A stretch of 64,000 nt of DNA from a virus. Made by a program: the position numbers and the translations under genes. The stretch is taken from IMG/VR virus record IMGVR_UViG_3300045391_005035; one strand, written 5' to 3'. The notes under the pieces were generated by a model. That model ran no database searches, was not told the origin of the DNA, and saw only the letters and a list, made by a program, of their open reading frames with translations. This document shows, piece after piece, positions 1 to 9,330 of this stretch (position 1 is its first letter; each line of letters opens with the position of its first letter).

Positions 1-1
1 T

Positions 2-58
2 GCGGCGCTGGCTGCACTCACCGGCATCTTCGCGTCTGTCTTTGCAGGTTCGCGATGA
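2..58 (+). CDS. 3' end of a gene truncated by the window edge
   Basis: Frame 2 reads AALAALTGIFASVFAGSR*; TGA overlaps ATG at 55; hydrophobic tail resembles the next two genes. Confidence 0.5.
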   Translation, partial: AALAALTGIFASVFAGSR

Positions 59-267
59 ACGGCGAGGTGAAGGTCGGCAAGGTGCGCTGCGAGTGCTGCC
101 GCCGCTGTGGTCCGTGCATCATCGGCAGCGGCGCCGAGGAAGACGAGTGCATGCGACGGCAGGGATGGACCATCGATGGCGACACGTGCCTCTGCCCCGG
201 CTGTGCCGTTCAGACCGCGCACGCGCTCGCGGTGGTTTTCGCCGCCGCGCTGACCGGACGGCCATGA
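55..267 (+). CDS. small Cys-rich (Zn-finger-like) protein with hydrophobic C-terminus
   Basis: CxCC/CxxC, GW, CPGC, ends AAALT; ATGA overlaps. Confidence 0.7.
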   Translation: MNGEVKVGKVRCECCRRCGPCIIGSGAEEDECMRRQGWTIDGDTCLCPGCAVQTAHALAVVFAAALTGRP

Positions 268-542
268 GCCGCGTGCGCGTGCGATGCGACTACTGTCGTA
301 GGTGTTGGGCGTGCGACGTCTTCGAGACGCCAGCGCAGCAGAACCAGCTCCTTCTGGAGGCCGGCTGGTCGATCGTCGACGCTGGGCAGCCTAGCGGCTT
401 CGCTTGTTCGAGCGGAGGCTGCGCACGCATCGGACGCAAGCACATGTGCCCGAGCTGCACGAGCCTGACGGCGACGGTATTCGGTGTTGCGATCGCCGCG
501 GCGCTTACGCCCGACGACGCTGCCAGAGCAGAGCCGCGATGA
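264..542 (+). CDS. small Cys-rich protein, paralog of 55..267
   Basis: RCDYC..C, GW, CPSC, AAALT; ATGA coupling at 264. Confidence 0.7.
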   Translation: MSRVRVRCDYCRRCWACDVFETPAQQNQLLLEAGWSIVDAGQPSGFACSSGGCARIGRKHMCPSCTSLTATVFGVAIAAALTPDDAARAEPR

Positions 543-1119
543 CGCCGACGGCGGCGGTCCCGAGGACGGCCGTCGCGATCGCCATCGGGCTAACGCCGAA
601 AGGGCGCGTCGCCGCCCCTCCGGGCGCCAGCGCACGAACGACGGCATCGGCGATCGCCTGACCCCATCCCTGGGCCGCAGCGCGCGTGAGGTGCCAGCCA
701 GGCGTGTCGCGCGGCAGGGTCACCGGCGTGCTGGGCCACGCGTCGATGTAGCGGTCTCCGAAGATTCGCATGTTCTGGTCGCGAAGCGCGGTGCCGATCG
801 CCTGGTCGCTCGCGTTCGGGTACATCGGCGGACCGCTCATCATCACCGGAGCGCGGACGGCGTCGCGCATGCGGATGAGCGCGTTGCGCGTCGCGGACCC
901 AGCGTTGCTGTTGTGGCCGAAGATCAGGACGACGATGTCCTTGCCCGCAGCTGCACCGACGTACTGGTTCATCAGCTCCGGCGTGTTCACGTAGGCGATG
1001 GGGCTCTTGCCGTCGTTGTGGATCTGAACGACGGTGAACCCTCGTGCTTCGAGGGCAGCCTTGGCTGCGGCGCCGGGATTTCCGGCCTGTGAGTCTCCAA
1101 CAATCAGCGCGTTCGGCAT
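505..1119 (-). CDS. SGNH/GDSL-type hydrolase with C-terminal TM anchor
   Basis: IVGDSQ, FGHN, D..GWHLT blocks; C-terminal AIATAVLGTAAVGVIAALLW then QRRRA. Confidence 0.75.
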   Translation of the reverse strand: MPNALIVGDSQAGNPGAAAKAALEARGFTVVQIHNDGKSPIAYVNTPELMNQYVGAAAGKDIVVLIFGHNSNAGSATRNALIRMRDAVRAPVMMSGPPMYPNASDQAIGTALRDQNMRIFGDRYIDAWPSTPVTLPRDTPGWHLTRAAAQGWGQAIADAVVRALAPGGAATRPFGVSPMAIATAVLGTAAVGVIAALLWQRRRA

Positions 1120-1144
1120 GGACAGATCGTGCTACAGAGCGGCC

Positions 1145-1306
1145 GTGTCCACAAGGAACCGCCAGAAGCCCGAGACTGTTGCTCTGACCCGCGAGGAGGT
1201 GCGCGCCTGCCTCGTCGAGGGTCGATTCGTGCGAGAAGAGCTGGAAAAGCGCATCGCGAAGATGCACGAGCTGACGATCGAGGAGCGGTTCGCCAAGGCG
1301 AAGTGA
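1145..1306 (+). CDS. hypothetical protein
   Basis: GTG start, helical charged ORF, divergent from 505..1119. Confidence 0.5.
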   Translation: MSTRNRQKPETVALTREEVRACLVEGRFVREELEKRIAKMHELTIEERFAKAK

Positions 1307-1313
1307 TGGCGGC

Positions 1314-1700
1314 TCAGGCTTCCGCGAGGAAGTGCCGCGATAGCGATACGCCAGGCGTCATCCGGCCCCAGTTCATGAGAGCGATCACTCGCCGCGGTGT
1401 CACGTGGAGGCGCCCGGTTCTATAGCGCCTGCCTTGCACGCGCATCTGCGCCTCGTGCCGCTCCACGAACGCTAGGGCTCTGCGCGCCTTGCTCCACATC
1501 GAAGGAGTCCAGCGCGACGCAGGTGTTTCCTTGAGCTTCGCGAGCAACGGCAGCTCCGCCCGGATGTGCGGCAACGACGCCTCCTTGGAGAGGGCACTCC
1601 TGTGCCACCGACGGATCTGCGCGGCGCTCATGTTGATCGTCTTGTCGAAGCGACGCGCGAGACCGTCGTCGATAGGGGCGCGTGAGGTTCGACGTGACAT
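1314..1700 (-). CDS. DUF3140-like protein
   Basis: F..TINMS..Q...W, FVERH, ALMNWG resemble DUF3140 motifs (recalled, not searched). Confidence 0.55.
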   Translation of the reverse strand: MSRRTSRAPIDDGLARRFDKTINMSAAQIRRWHRSALSKEASLPHIRAELPLLAKLKETPASRWTPSMWSKARRALAFVERHEAQMRVQGRRYRTGRLHVTPRRVIALMNWGRMTPGVSLSRHFLAEA

Positions 1701-1758
1701 GCCCCGATCGTGCTACGGGACGGCCGCATCCTCAAGGAAGCGTGGTAGCGTGGTCGAC

Positions 1759-2346
1759 ATGAATACGCGCAACATCGTGATGATCGTCGTCGGTGCGCTC
1801 GTGCTCGTCGGGGCTGTCGCTGGGCTCGTCTACGGGATCGCGACGCACACGGAACCAGGTCTCATGGAGACGACGCCGGGCTTCGGTCGCGACGATTCGC
1901 CGATCGCTGTCTGCGCCGACTCGTATGCGGACGACGACGCGGCAGCTCGGGCGGCCACCCTTGCGGCCGCGCAGACCGTCAACGACAGGCTCGGGTTCGC
2001 GGCCTATCGATTCGTCGACTCGTACAACGACACGGGCTGCCGTGTGCACGTCACCGTCGGGGTCCCGACGGAAGCGGGGTGGCGAGATCCTGGTGGCGAC
2101 GCCACGTTTTCGAACGGCGGTCGCGCCTGCGACGTGACGACCTCGAACGTGCCCACGGACGACTACCTGTCGCTGGTGCTCCAGCACGAGCTGGGGCACT
2201 GCCTCGGCCTGGCGCACGACTGCTGGAATGGCTCGGTCATGTGCGGCGGTGAGTGCTGTACGCTCGAACCTGCGCCGGCAGGCGCGTTCCCGCCGCGCAT
2301 CGACGACTTCGACCGAGAGCTGCTGCGTACCGTCTTCGGTCGCTGA
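1759..2346 (+). CDS. matrixin-like (metzincin) Zn metalloprotease with N-terminal TM
   Basis: HELGHCLGLAH plus SVM Met-turn; TGG-TAGCGT-7 nt-ATG promoter. Confidence 0.8.
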   Translation: MNTRNIVMIVVGALVLVGAVAGLVYGIATHTEPGLMETTPGFGRDDSPIAVCADSYADDDAAARAATLAAAQTVNDRLGFAAYRFVDSYNDTGCRVHVTVGVPTEAGWRDPGGDATFSNGGRACDVTTSNVPTDDYLSLVLQHELGHCLGLAHDCWNGSVMCGGECCTLEPAPAGAFPPRIDDFDRELLRTVFGR

Positions 2347-2349
2347 GCC

Positions 2350-2904
2350 TCAGCCGAGGCGTCGCGGGCGCGCCTTCTTGCCGCCACAGCCGATGCACTG
2401 AATGTCGTGCTGACCGTACTCGATGCGGCGACCGAAAACGTGGCGCGCGATGCTGTCTGCGCGTCGCTCGACGCTGTCGGGCAGGCGTCCCCATAGCCCT
2501 TCGAGGTGCTTGCGGCCGTACCGGAAGTCGATCGCGTGCCCGAACTCGTGCGCCATGAGGCCGTCGATGTACTGCTTCGGCAGCGCCTCCGTCTTCGGGG
2601 CGAATGCGATGCGGATCGGCCTCTCGTCGGCGCAGTAGCCGAACTGACGCTCGCTACCGGCCCCGTTGTCCGAGCCGGCCAGCTCGTCCTCGTGCAGCTC
2701 GACCGTGCCGAGGTCCGGAAACATCCGTTCGGCGACGTCGAAGTGACGGTCGAACGAGTCGTGAACCTTGCGCATCGATCGCCGGCCGTTGGGCGCGATG
2801 GGGCGTGGTCGTTCGCGTACGAGTACCGGCGCTTGGTACACCCCGCCGACGTCCATGGTGTCGATCGGAGTGCTCAGCTCCGGATTGTTCACGAGCTTGG
2901 GCAT
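2350..2904 (-). CDS. putative HExxH metallopeptidase-like protein
   Basis: MAHEFGHAID; TAGGAT-7 nt-ATG. Confidence 0.6.
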   Translation of the reverse strand: MPKLVNNPELSTPIDTMDVGGVYQAPVLVRERPRPIAPNGRRSMRKVHDSFDRHFDVAERMFPDLGTVELHEDELAGSDNGAGSERQFGYCADERPIRIAFAPKTEALPKQYIDGLMAHEFGHAIDFRYGRKHLEGLWGRLPDSVERRADSIARHVFGRRIEYGQHDIQCIGCGGKKARPRRLG

Positions 2905-2914
2905 AGCCCAGATC

Positions 2915-3832
2915 CTACCGCATCGGCGGCGGAACGGCCTTGATCTCGGGCATGGCGCCCGGATGCAGGTGGAACAACTTGGCCTGCGAGATGACCGTCA
3001 TCCCCATCGGGGTCGACATCAGGTTGTCGAGGTAGCTCGCGTCGTGCTGCGTCTCGCGCATCAGCATGAGGATCAGGTCCTGCCACGTCTGCGGCGGCAC
3101 ATCGAGACGGCCGAGGATGTCCCGTACGCGATCGAGTAGCGCGGGCCGATGCACCGGCTCGTCGTTCTCGGCGGCGGGTGGCACCTCGATCAGGTCTTTC
3201 AGTTCCGTGCCAGCGCTCGTGTCGAAACCGGCGTCGCCGATGCCGAGGACGATTGCCGGATCTTCACCGTTGGCGAGGCGTTCGAGCGCATCCAGCGGGT
3301 CGAAGTGGTGCGATTCACCGTCGTGTTCCGGCAGAGCCGGCTCGGTGACAGGGGTCAGGTCCGGCGCGGGCCTCTGCGCTGGCTCGCGCTGACGCACCGG
3401 CGCGCCTTTCACGGTCAGATCGGGCCCGAGCTGCTCGATGGCCTCGTTGAGCGTGAGCGGGCCGAAGCGCATCGGCCAATCCGACAGCCACGGGTGCTCC
3501 GCGCTGAGCTTTTCGTGGCCTGTGCCGTCGCCGTTGAGCACCTCCATCTCCGCCAGCTCGACTCGATGCAGCGGCGTCGATGCGTCCCCATACAGCTCGG
3601 CGTGCAACCATACAGGGTTGCGATCGTCGCCGATGCGTGGGGTCAGGATGGCTACCGCCATGCCTTGGCGCAGGCCCTCGAAGAACATCATGTCTTCGAG
3701 CTTGCCGAAGTTGCGCATGATCTCGTGCACCGTCTGCGTGGGCACGCCGCTCTGCACCAGCCGAATGAAGAACTCGGAGCGGAGCGCGAAGTAGCGCCGC
3801 TCGTCCTCTTCGAGGCGAAACGGGCGTGTCAC
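2915..3832 (-). CDS. hypothetical protein
   Basis: GTGA coupling, GC3-biased codons. Confidence 0.7.
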   Translation of the reverse strand: MTRPFRLEEDERRYFALRSEFFIRLVQSGVPTQTVHEIMRNFGKLEDMMFFEGLRQGMAVAILTPRIGDDRNPVWLHAELYGDASTPLHRVELAEMEVLNGDGTGHEKLSAEHPWLSDWPMRFGPLTLNEAIEQLGPDLTVKGAPVRQREPAQRPAPDLTPVTEPALPEHDGESHHFDPLDALERLANGEDPAIVLGIGDAGFDTSAGTELKDLIEVPPAAENDEPVHRPALLDRVRDILGRLDVPPQTWQDLILMLMRETQHDASYLDNLMSTPMGMTVISQAKLFHLHPGAMPEIKAVPPPMR

Positions 3833-4200
3833 GAGAGGTCCTTCGGATCGGTCGCCGGCACGTGCACGAAGTCGGGCTCGTGGTAGTCGCCGCAGTCCGG
3901 GCACAGCTCCTCGTCCGCGTCTTCGAGCGTTTCGATGGCGACCTGAAAGGCCATCGCCATCACGTTGTGCATGACCTCGATGGGGCTCGCGGTCTGCTTC
4001 GGGCTGGCCATCGCTGCGACGTCACGTAGCAGCGCGGCCGCCGCCTCGTCCTTGTGGTGCTGCGCGATCATGAGGCGGATGTGCTCGTACACGGCGCGCT
4101 TGGCTGTGCGAGGGATGGTGTCCCAGCGCTCTGGCTCGGCGTCGTCCGCCTCGCCGATGTCGTCGATCACGGAATCGCGTTTCTTGTCGTCGCTCATCAC
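3829..4200 (-). CDS. hypothetical protein
   Basis: coupled ORF, CPDCG motif. Confidence 0.7.
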   Translation of the reverse strand: MMSDDKKRDSVIDDIGEADDAEPERWDTIPRTAKRAVYEHIRLMIAQHHKDEAAAALLRDVAAMASPKQTASPIEVMHNVMAMAFQVAIETLEDADEELCPDCGDYHEPDFVHVPATDPKDLS

Positions 4201-4442
4201 CAGCCCTCTTCCTCGTCCTCTGCCTCGGGATCGTGCAGCCCCATCTCCTCTTCGCCGTCCGAGAAGATTCCCGCGTGGCCGCGGTCCTCTCCCATCTCGA
4301 CCGTCGCGGACTTCATCGCTTTCGCGAAGTCGGCGACCCAGAGCTTGATCGATCGCGGTCTCTGGCTGATCGCGTCGATGAAATCGTCCTGATTGGTTTC
4401 GAGCCAGCGGAGAAAGGCGGCGCGGTCGGCGACGTCGAGCAT
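4197..4442 (-). CDS. hypothetical acidic protein
   Basis: leaderless promoter TTGCAC-17-CAGCAT upstream. Confidence 0.7.
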   Translation of the reverse strand: MLDVADRAAFLRWLETNQDDFIDAISQRPRSIKLWVADFAKAMKSATVEMGEDRGHAGIFSDGEEEMGLHDPEAEDEEEGW

Positions 4443-4478
4443 GGCCCGATGCTGCCCGAGGTGAGGCGCTCGTGCAAG

Positions 4479-4494
4479 GTATGTTGCGAGAACC
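4479..4494. promoter_or_regulatory. operator-like motif GTATGTTGCGAGAACC next to a minus-strand -35 box
   Basis: near-identical copies at 13153, 16968, 61989. Confidence 0.65.
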
Positions 4495-4495
4495 G

Positions 4496-4831
4496 CTACT
4501 TTGGCGGCGTGGGATCGCCGGGACGCCAGAACGCCAGCGCCGCGATGTGCTCGGGCGGCTCCTTACCCCAGTGCTCGCGGTATTCCTCGCCGCAGTCCAG
4601 CCGCTCGGCCGGCCACATGTCCGGGCTCAGCACGCGAAGGTGCTCGTGGATCGCTTGGCACCTAGAACAGCGCTTCACGGTCTCGGCAGTGCCCTCCTGC
4701 ACGATGTTCACGACCGTGTACGTTTCTCCTTTGGCGATCGTCTCCCGGCAGGCGGAGCACCGGTGCTCCTTGGCGGCCCGGCGGGGGGTCTCGTCGTAGA
4801 CCGCGTAGTATCCGTCGATCTCGTGGCTCAT
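4496..4831 (-). CDS. hypothetical Zn-binding protein
   Basis: HRCSAC...RCSRC; start coupled to upstream stop. Confidence 0.7.
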   Translation of the reverse strand: MSHEIDGYYAVYDETPRRAAKEHRCSACRETIAKGETYTVVNIVQEGTAETVKRCSRCQAIHEHLRVLSPDMWPAERLDCGEEYREHWGKEPPEHIAALAFWRPGDPTPPK

Positions 4832-5367
4832 TGGACAGCTTCCGCGAGCGCCAAAGCGACGGAGCGCTCCAGCAGCTGCTCGTCCTGCATTCGGGCGCGC
4901 CAGCGGCCCACCTCGTCTGCGCTGAGCGGCCCAGGGAAGCGTGACATGACGTTTTCCCTGACCGCTTCCGCGATCAGGTACGCAACGTCGCCCGTCGCGC
5001 GAAGGGTGCGGATCTTCCGAGCGAGCCCGTCGCAGGTGCCACGATCGCTGCTCGTCGGATCGAACGCCTGCGCGCCGTAGCGCTCGATCGCGTTGGCGGC
5101 GGCTTCGAGGCCGAGCGTGAACGACACCCCCAGCTTCGCGCGCGTCTCCTCGACGTCCTTGTCGAGCTTGGCGATCACATCGCCGAGCGATTCTACGGCG
5201 ACGACGACGAAGTGAGCAGCGCCGATGATCAGCTTGCCGTGCCACGCACCTGAAGTCGCCTGCCAAATGGCCGACTCGCCGCCGCAGTAAAGCAGGGGAC
5301 CGTCGTACTCCTGCTTGGTCAACCTCTGACCCGCGACAACAATCGTCTCCGGTTCCTGCACCATCAT
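4828..5367 (-). CDS. hypothetical protein
   Basis: coupled ORF. Confidence 0.65.
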   Translation of the reverse strand: MMVQEPETIVVAGQRLTKQEYDGPLLYCGGESAIWQATSGAWHGKLIIGAAHFVVVAVESLGDVIAKLDKDVEETRAKLGVSFTLGLEAAANAIERYGAQAFDPTSSDRGTCDGLARKIRTLRATGDVAYLIAEAVRENVMSRFPGPLSADEVGRWRARMQDEQLLERSVALALAEAVQ

Positions 5368-6020
5368 CGTCCTCCCTTCGCCATCGCGCGCTCGATCCAC
5401 GCGTCACAGTCGCTGTCCGACGGCGGCGACGCGCCGGCGTTGTCCGCCCAGGCAGAACCAGCGTCCCATCCCTCGCGAGCAACCGCCCGCAGAAGCCTGC
5501 GCAGTTCTCCGTCCTGCATCGTGAGCCCTCGCAGCGCGGCGTTCGCCGCGTGGGCTTCTTGCGCAGCTTCGGCACGGTCTGCACGGGCGATGGCGGCGTC
5601 ACGGTCGCGCTCCATGGTGAGGGCGTACTCCCCGAGGTTGACCAACCGCGTGGCGGCGTCTACGCCCCACCGCTCGTTATGCAGAGCGCACCATCGCGAG
5701 CATTCCGCGTCGAGGCGATCCCGCTCCAGCCGCGCCTCGTCGCGCTCGGCTTCGGCGCGATATGCGCGGGCGATTGCGGCGTCGCGGTCGGCGAGTGCGT
5801 CCTGGTGCTTGTTCCACAGATCGGACCACGCTGCATCGCGCTCCTCGCACCCAACGCAGCGCATCTCCCGCGCCTCGTCGCGCTCGGCGGTCACGGCGTC
5901 GATGTAGTCGAGGAGGTCGCGGCCCACGTAGTCGTACTCGCCGACCTGGAACCGCTCCGCGACGACGCGGCGGCACTCCGCCAGCCTCTCCGCGCTCATC
6001 AGCTTGGATGTGTCGCTCAT
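5364..6020 (-). CDS. coiled-coil hypothetical (Ea22-like mosaic)
   Basis: internal repeats ERDEAR and DRDAAIARA. Confidence 0.65.
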   Translation of the reverse strand: MSDTSKLMSAERLAECRRVVAERFQVGEYDYVGRDLLDYIDAVTAERDEAREMRCVGCEERDAAWSDLWNKHQDALADRDAAIARAYRAEAERDEARLERDRLDAECSRWCALHNERWGVDAATRLVNLGEYALTMERDRDAAIARADRAEAAQEAHAANAALRGLTMQDGELRRLLRAVAREGWDAGSAWADNAGASPPSDSDCDAWIERAMAKGGR

Positions 6021-6181
6021 GACTTCCTCCGCTTCTTCGCCGCAGTGATCCACGGTGTGGGGTAGACGTGGTTCTGCGTACAGCCGCACCGCTGTCGCGC
6101 ATGTCGACGGCAACAGAACAGCCCGTGCGAGCCGTGCGTCGCGTCCTTGCCGCGCTTCGTGACGTGCTCGCATCGGCTCAT
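6017..6181 (-). CDS. small Cys/His-rich hypothetical
   Basis: ATGA overlaps at both ends. Confidence 0.55.
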   Translation of the reverse strand: MSRCEHVTKRGKDATHGSHGLFCCRRHARQRCGCTQNHVYPTPWITAAKKRRKS

Positions 6182-6507
6182 GACGTCTCCGGGTTGTCGA
6201 GGAGAGCGGCGAGGTCGAGGCGGTTGATCGGCGCGCACGCCGGCTCGCCCTTGGAGGTGTACACGGCCATCCACGCCGCGCGCTGGAGGCGCCCCATCGC
6301 TGCCAACACTTCTTCGCGCGTATACGTCCGCACCCCCGCCTCTCGGACGGCGCGGGCGGGTCGCGTCGGCAAACGATAGCCGTCCATCGGATCTGCCCCG
6401 TACCCTACGGCAGGGAACGCGGGGAACGCGGGCTTCTCCGTCAACGCTTCATCTGCTGCGTGCTCGGCACACGGTCCGGACACGCCGCATCCACACAGGT
6501 CGCTCAT
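6178..6507 (-). CDS. hypothetical mosaic protein
   Basis: shares GVRTYTR.E.LAAM...LLDNPET module with 6504..7226. Confidence 0.65.
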   Translation of the reverse strand: MSDLCGCGVSGPCAEHAADEALTEKPAFPAFPAVGYGADPMDGYRLPTRPARAVREAGVRTYTREEVLAAMGRLQRAAWMAVYTSKGEPACAPINRLDLAALLDNPETS

Positions 6508-7226
6508 GGTGTCTCCGGGTTGTCGAGTAGGTGTTCGAGCGCGGCCGGCGTAACAAGGTTCGCGGCGGTCGGAGCGGCGTCGAGCAGCGCGCATTGGACG
6601 CCAGCGGCTAGTCGCATCGCGGCCAAGCACTCGTCGCGCGTGTACGTCCGCACCCCCGCGTCGTCACCGGACAGTAGAGCATCGATGTGCACACCGAGCT
6701 TCGCAGCGGCGCGAGCTATCGCCATTCGTAGCTGGTCCCGCTCCTCGACGAGTCCAGCTTCCTGAACAGCGCGTGCGGCGCGGGCCATCCGCTCGTGAGC
6801 GGCGGCGAGGGTGCGGTGGCTGTCGACTGGGTACCCCTCGCTGCTCTTCGAGAAGAAGTCCGCCTGCTCGCGGTGGAACCGAGCGTGCCGCGCCTGCGCT
6901 TCCGCCAACGCCTCCACCTCGCGCGGCAGCGTGGCGGACTGCGAGGGCGCGCAGTCGCACGCGACGGTGCCACCTCCGTCCGAACTCACCACGTAGCAGC
7001 CCCGGCCGTGGTTGATCTCGCCGTCCGCGCAGCTGTTGCCGCACACCTTGCAGACGCACGACCGGGCGGGCTGCGGTGGGGCCCAGCCGAGGGCGCGGGC
7101 GTGCGTGAGCAGTGCCTCCGCGAAGTCGGGGCCGTCCTTCGACTCCCCGTCGTAGTAGAAGCCGCCGTGCTTGGCGTGCGCGCCGATCCAGGCCACCGCG
7201 CTCGCGAGGTCTGCTGCGCTGGTCAT
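6504..7226 (-). CDS. hypothetical mosaic protein
   Basis: MTSAAD start shared with 7680..7994; C-terminal module shared with 6178..6507. Confidence 0.7.
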   Translation of the reverse strand: MTSAADLASAVAWIGAHAKHGGFYYDGESKDGPDFAEALLTHARALGWAPPQPARSCVCKVCGNSCADGEINHGRGCYVVSSDGGGTVACDCAPSQSATLPREVEALAEAQARHARFHREQADFFSKSSEGYPVDSHRTLAAAHERMARAARAVQEAGLVEERDQLRMAIARAAAKLGVHIDALLSGDDAGVRTYTRDECLAAMRLAAGVQCALLDAAPTAANLVTPAALEHLLDNPETP

Positions 7227-7408
7227 CGGATCCTCCGTGCGCGCCGCCGCTCGATACGCGTCTTCTCTTCATGCCGTGCCAGTTCTGCGCGCGACCAGTG
7301 CACGAGGATCCACGACGGCGAGCACGCGGTTCGTGGCTCGTCCACGTTAGTGCAGCGGCGACCGGCTCGTGCGCCGCAGGTAGGACATCCGACGATCAGC
7401 GGCGTCAT
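7223..7408 (-). CDS. small Zn-finger protein
   Basis: CPTCGARAGRRC...H. Confidence 0.6.
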   Translation of the reverse strand: MTPLIVGCPTCGARAGRRCTNVDEPRTACSPSWILVHWSRAELARHEEKTRIERRRARRIR

Positions 7409-7683
7409 CGCGCGCCTCGCGGCTTCTTCGGGTGCGCCGCCGCGTCGATGATGAGCGGCAGCAGCTCCTCGATGCGCACGTGTTTGGCCGTTGTGACGTG
7501 GATCTCGCGGCGATCGATGTCTCCGTACTCGAACCGCGCGATCTCCTTCCCGTCGAGCAGGAGGTGATCGTGGTCCTCTTCGCACTCGGCGGCATGGTTG
7601 GGCTTGAGGCTCAGGCGTGGCACTTTCACCGCACGCTCTTTCGCGATGGCGGCGAGGAACCGCTTGGACGCGGGCCGGCTCAC
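7405..7683 (-). CDS. hypothetical protein
   Basis: coupled ORF. Confidence 0.65.
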   Translation of the reverse strand: MSRPASKRFLAAIAKERAVKVPRLSLKPNHAAECEEDHDHLLLDGKEIARFEYGDIDRREIHVTTAKHVRIEELLPLIIDAAAHPKKPRGAR

Positions 7684-7994
7684 CGCCCCCTCCAGCGCTG
7701 CTCGATCGCATCGGCGCTTTCACGGATGGCTCGCGAGGCTAGCGCCACCTCCAACCGCTTGTCGTCGCCTTTCAGGTCGCACGCGTCTGCCAGCTCCCTC
7801 AGGTACGAGACGATCTCCTCCGCGACGCTAGGCGGTGGCGGGTGGGCCTCCTGGATAGCCTCGACGTACCCGTCGATCTGTTCTTGCGCGTATTCCGGCA
7901 GCTTGTCGTAGTCGCGACCAAATGGCTCGCCGAGCGGGCCACCCAGCAGCGCCGCACGCAGCATGCGCACCTCGCGGTCTGCTGCGCTGGTCAT
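7680..7994 (-). CDS. hypothetical mosaic protein
   Basis: C-terminus AIEQRWR shared with 9683..10480. Confidence 0.65.
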   Translation of the reverse strand: MTSAADREVRMLRAALLGGPLGEPFGRDYDKLPEYAQEQIDGYVEAIQEAHPPPPSVAEEIVSYLRELADACDLKGDDKRLEVALASRAIRESADAIEQRWRGR

Positions 7995-8329
7995 CGCGAC
8001 GGACCCCACGCCACGTCCTCGGGAACGCCCACGATCGTGATGTACGCGTGCAGCGTGTCGTCGAGGACGGATGGCGACAGCTTCCACACGGTCGGCCCGA
8101 GCTTGTGGAGCACCCAGCGGGGAGGTCGAGTTTCGTCGCCGTCGAACGGTTCGCCGTCGAAGTGCACCGGCCCCAAGCTCATCGAAACGAACTCACCGCG
8201 GTGATTCTTCGCTGCGAAGATCAGGCTGCCGTGAAACACAGCAGCTCGTCCAAGCAGCGGCATCGTGGGGCTGTACGTGAGCACCAGGTCCACCACGACC
8301 TGGCGCGGGGGTAGATCCTTCTTGTTCAT
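7991..8329 (-). CDS. hypothetical protein
   Basis: coupled ORF. Confidence 0.65.
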   Translation of the reverse strand: MNKKDLPPRQVVVDLVLTYSPTMPLLGRAAVFHGSLIFAAKNHRGEFVSMSLGPVHFDGEPFDGDETRPPRWVLHKLGPTVWKLSPSVLDDTLHAYITIVGVPEDVAWGPSR

Positions 8330-8592
8330 GTGTCGCACATCTCGCATGGGTGGGAGTTGCCGTGGGTCGGGCAGAGGGATGGATCCGGCCGCTTCTTCAT
8401 CAGATCGAGGAAGTCGTACCCGCCGTTGAGGTCGTCGAACTGCACCGGGCTTGCATCGTACTTGGACGCCAGTCGCGTCGCGTCGCGCCTGTTGTAGAGG
8501 CGACGGGCGCGCCGCTGATCCTTCGTCCACTCACCGTCGCTACGCAGGAAACATCCGGCCAACACGACGCCGTACTTGCCGGGCCCCTTCAT
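8326..8592 (-). CDS. hypothetical protein
   Basis: coupled ORF, CPTH...CEMC. Confidence 0.6.
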   Translation of the reverse strand: MKGPGKYGVVLAGCFLRSDGEWTKDQRRARRLYNRRDATRLASKYDASPVQFDDLNGGYDFLDLMKKRPDPSLCPTHGNSHPCEMCDT

Positions 8593-8795
8593 TGCGCACC
8601 TCGGCAGTCGTTGCAGATGCGACCCCGGCGGCGGCGCGCCGAGCACGCGGCACAGCACGGGTGGCCGCAGGCGACGCAGGTGCCGCGGCACGAACCCTCA
8701 CCCTCGGCCCATCCGCCAGCGCAGCCGAAGCCAGCCGGGGCCTTGCAGTCGCCGCTCTGGTCGGACACCTCGCAGACGCGTCGCTCCGTGGTCAT
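8589..8795 (-). CDS. Cys-rich hypothetical
   Basis: multiple CxxC; coupled. Confidence 0.6.
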   Translation of the reverse strand: MTTERRVCEVSDQSGDCKAPAGFGCAGGWAEGEGSCRGTCVACGHPCCAACSARRRRGRICNDCRGAQ

Positions 8796-9133
8796 CGCGC
8801 ACCTCGCGTCTTGAGCAGCCGCTCGACGGCGGCAATGGCGGTGTCGCGAGCGAGCGCGCGGCCCTGAATGGTGGGGCCGAGGCCGCCGAACGTGCGCAGT
8901 CGCAGCTCGTCGAGGAATTGCTTTATGCCCAGCGTCTCCTCCGCGCTCAGGCGCTTCTTGCGGTCGAGCTTCTCGACGTGCTTCTCGGCAGCGCGGATGC
9001 GCCCGTAGTGGCTGAGCTTGCGGTACTTCTGCCAGCCACGGTCGGCGCCCACGTTCATGCAGCGCTCGCCCTTCTTCGCGCCGCAGTCCGGGCACTTCAC
9101 GATGCGGCTACCGCCGCGGGAGTCGAGTCTCAT
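8792..9133 (-). CDS. Zn-finger protein
   Basis: CPDCGAKKGERC...H, same type as 7223..7408. Confidence 0.65.
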   Translation of the reverse strand: MRLDSRGGSRIVKCPDCGAKKGERCMNVGADRGWQKYRKLSHYGRIRAAEKHVEKLDRKKRLSAEETLGIKQFLDELRLRTFGGLGPTIQGRALARDTAIAAVERLLKTRGAR

Positions 9134-9330
9134 CGCGCACGCTCCGTGTAGATCCGGGTCAGGGCGAGGCCGACGCGGGAGGCGTAGCGATGCTCGAACG
9201 TCAGCGGACCGATCCAGTCAAGCACGCTGTCGCCGCGCCGTGCATACTCGCTGCGGGACCTGCTCTCGTCCGGACCGAGCGCCGGGTCGATGACCAGCGC
9301 GTAGTCGCGCACGTAGCCGACGAGACTCAC
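9130..9330 (-). CDS. hypothetical protein
   Basis: GTGA coupling. Confidence 0.5.
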   Translation of the reverse strand: MSLVGYVRDYALVIDPALGPDESRSRSEYARRGDSVLDWIGPLTFEHRYASRVGLALTRIYTERAR

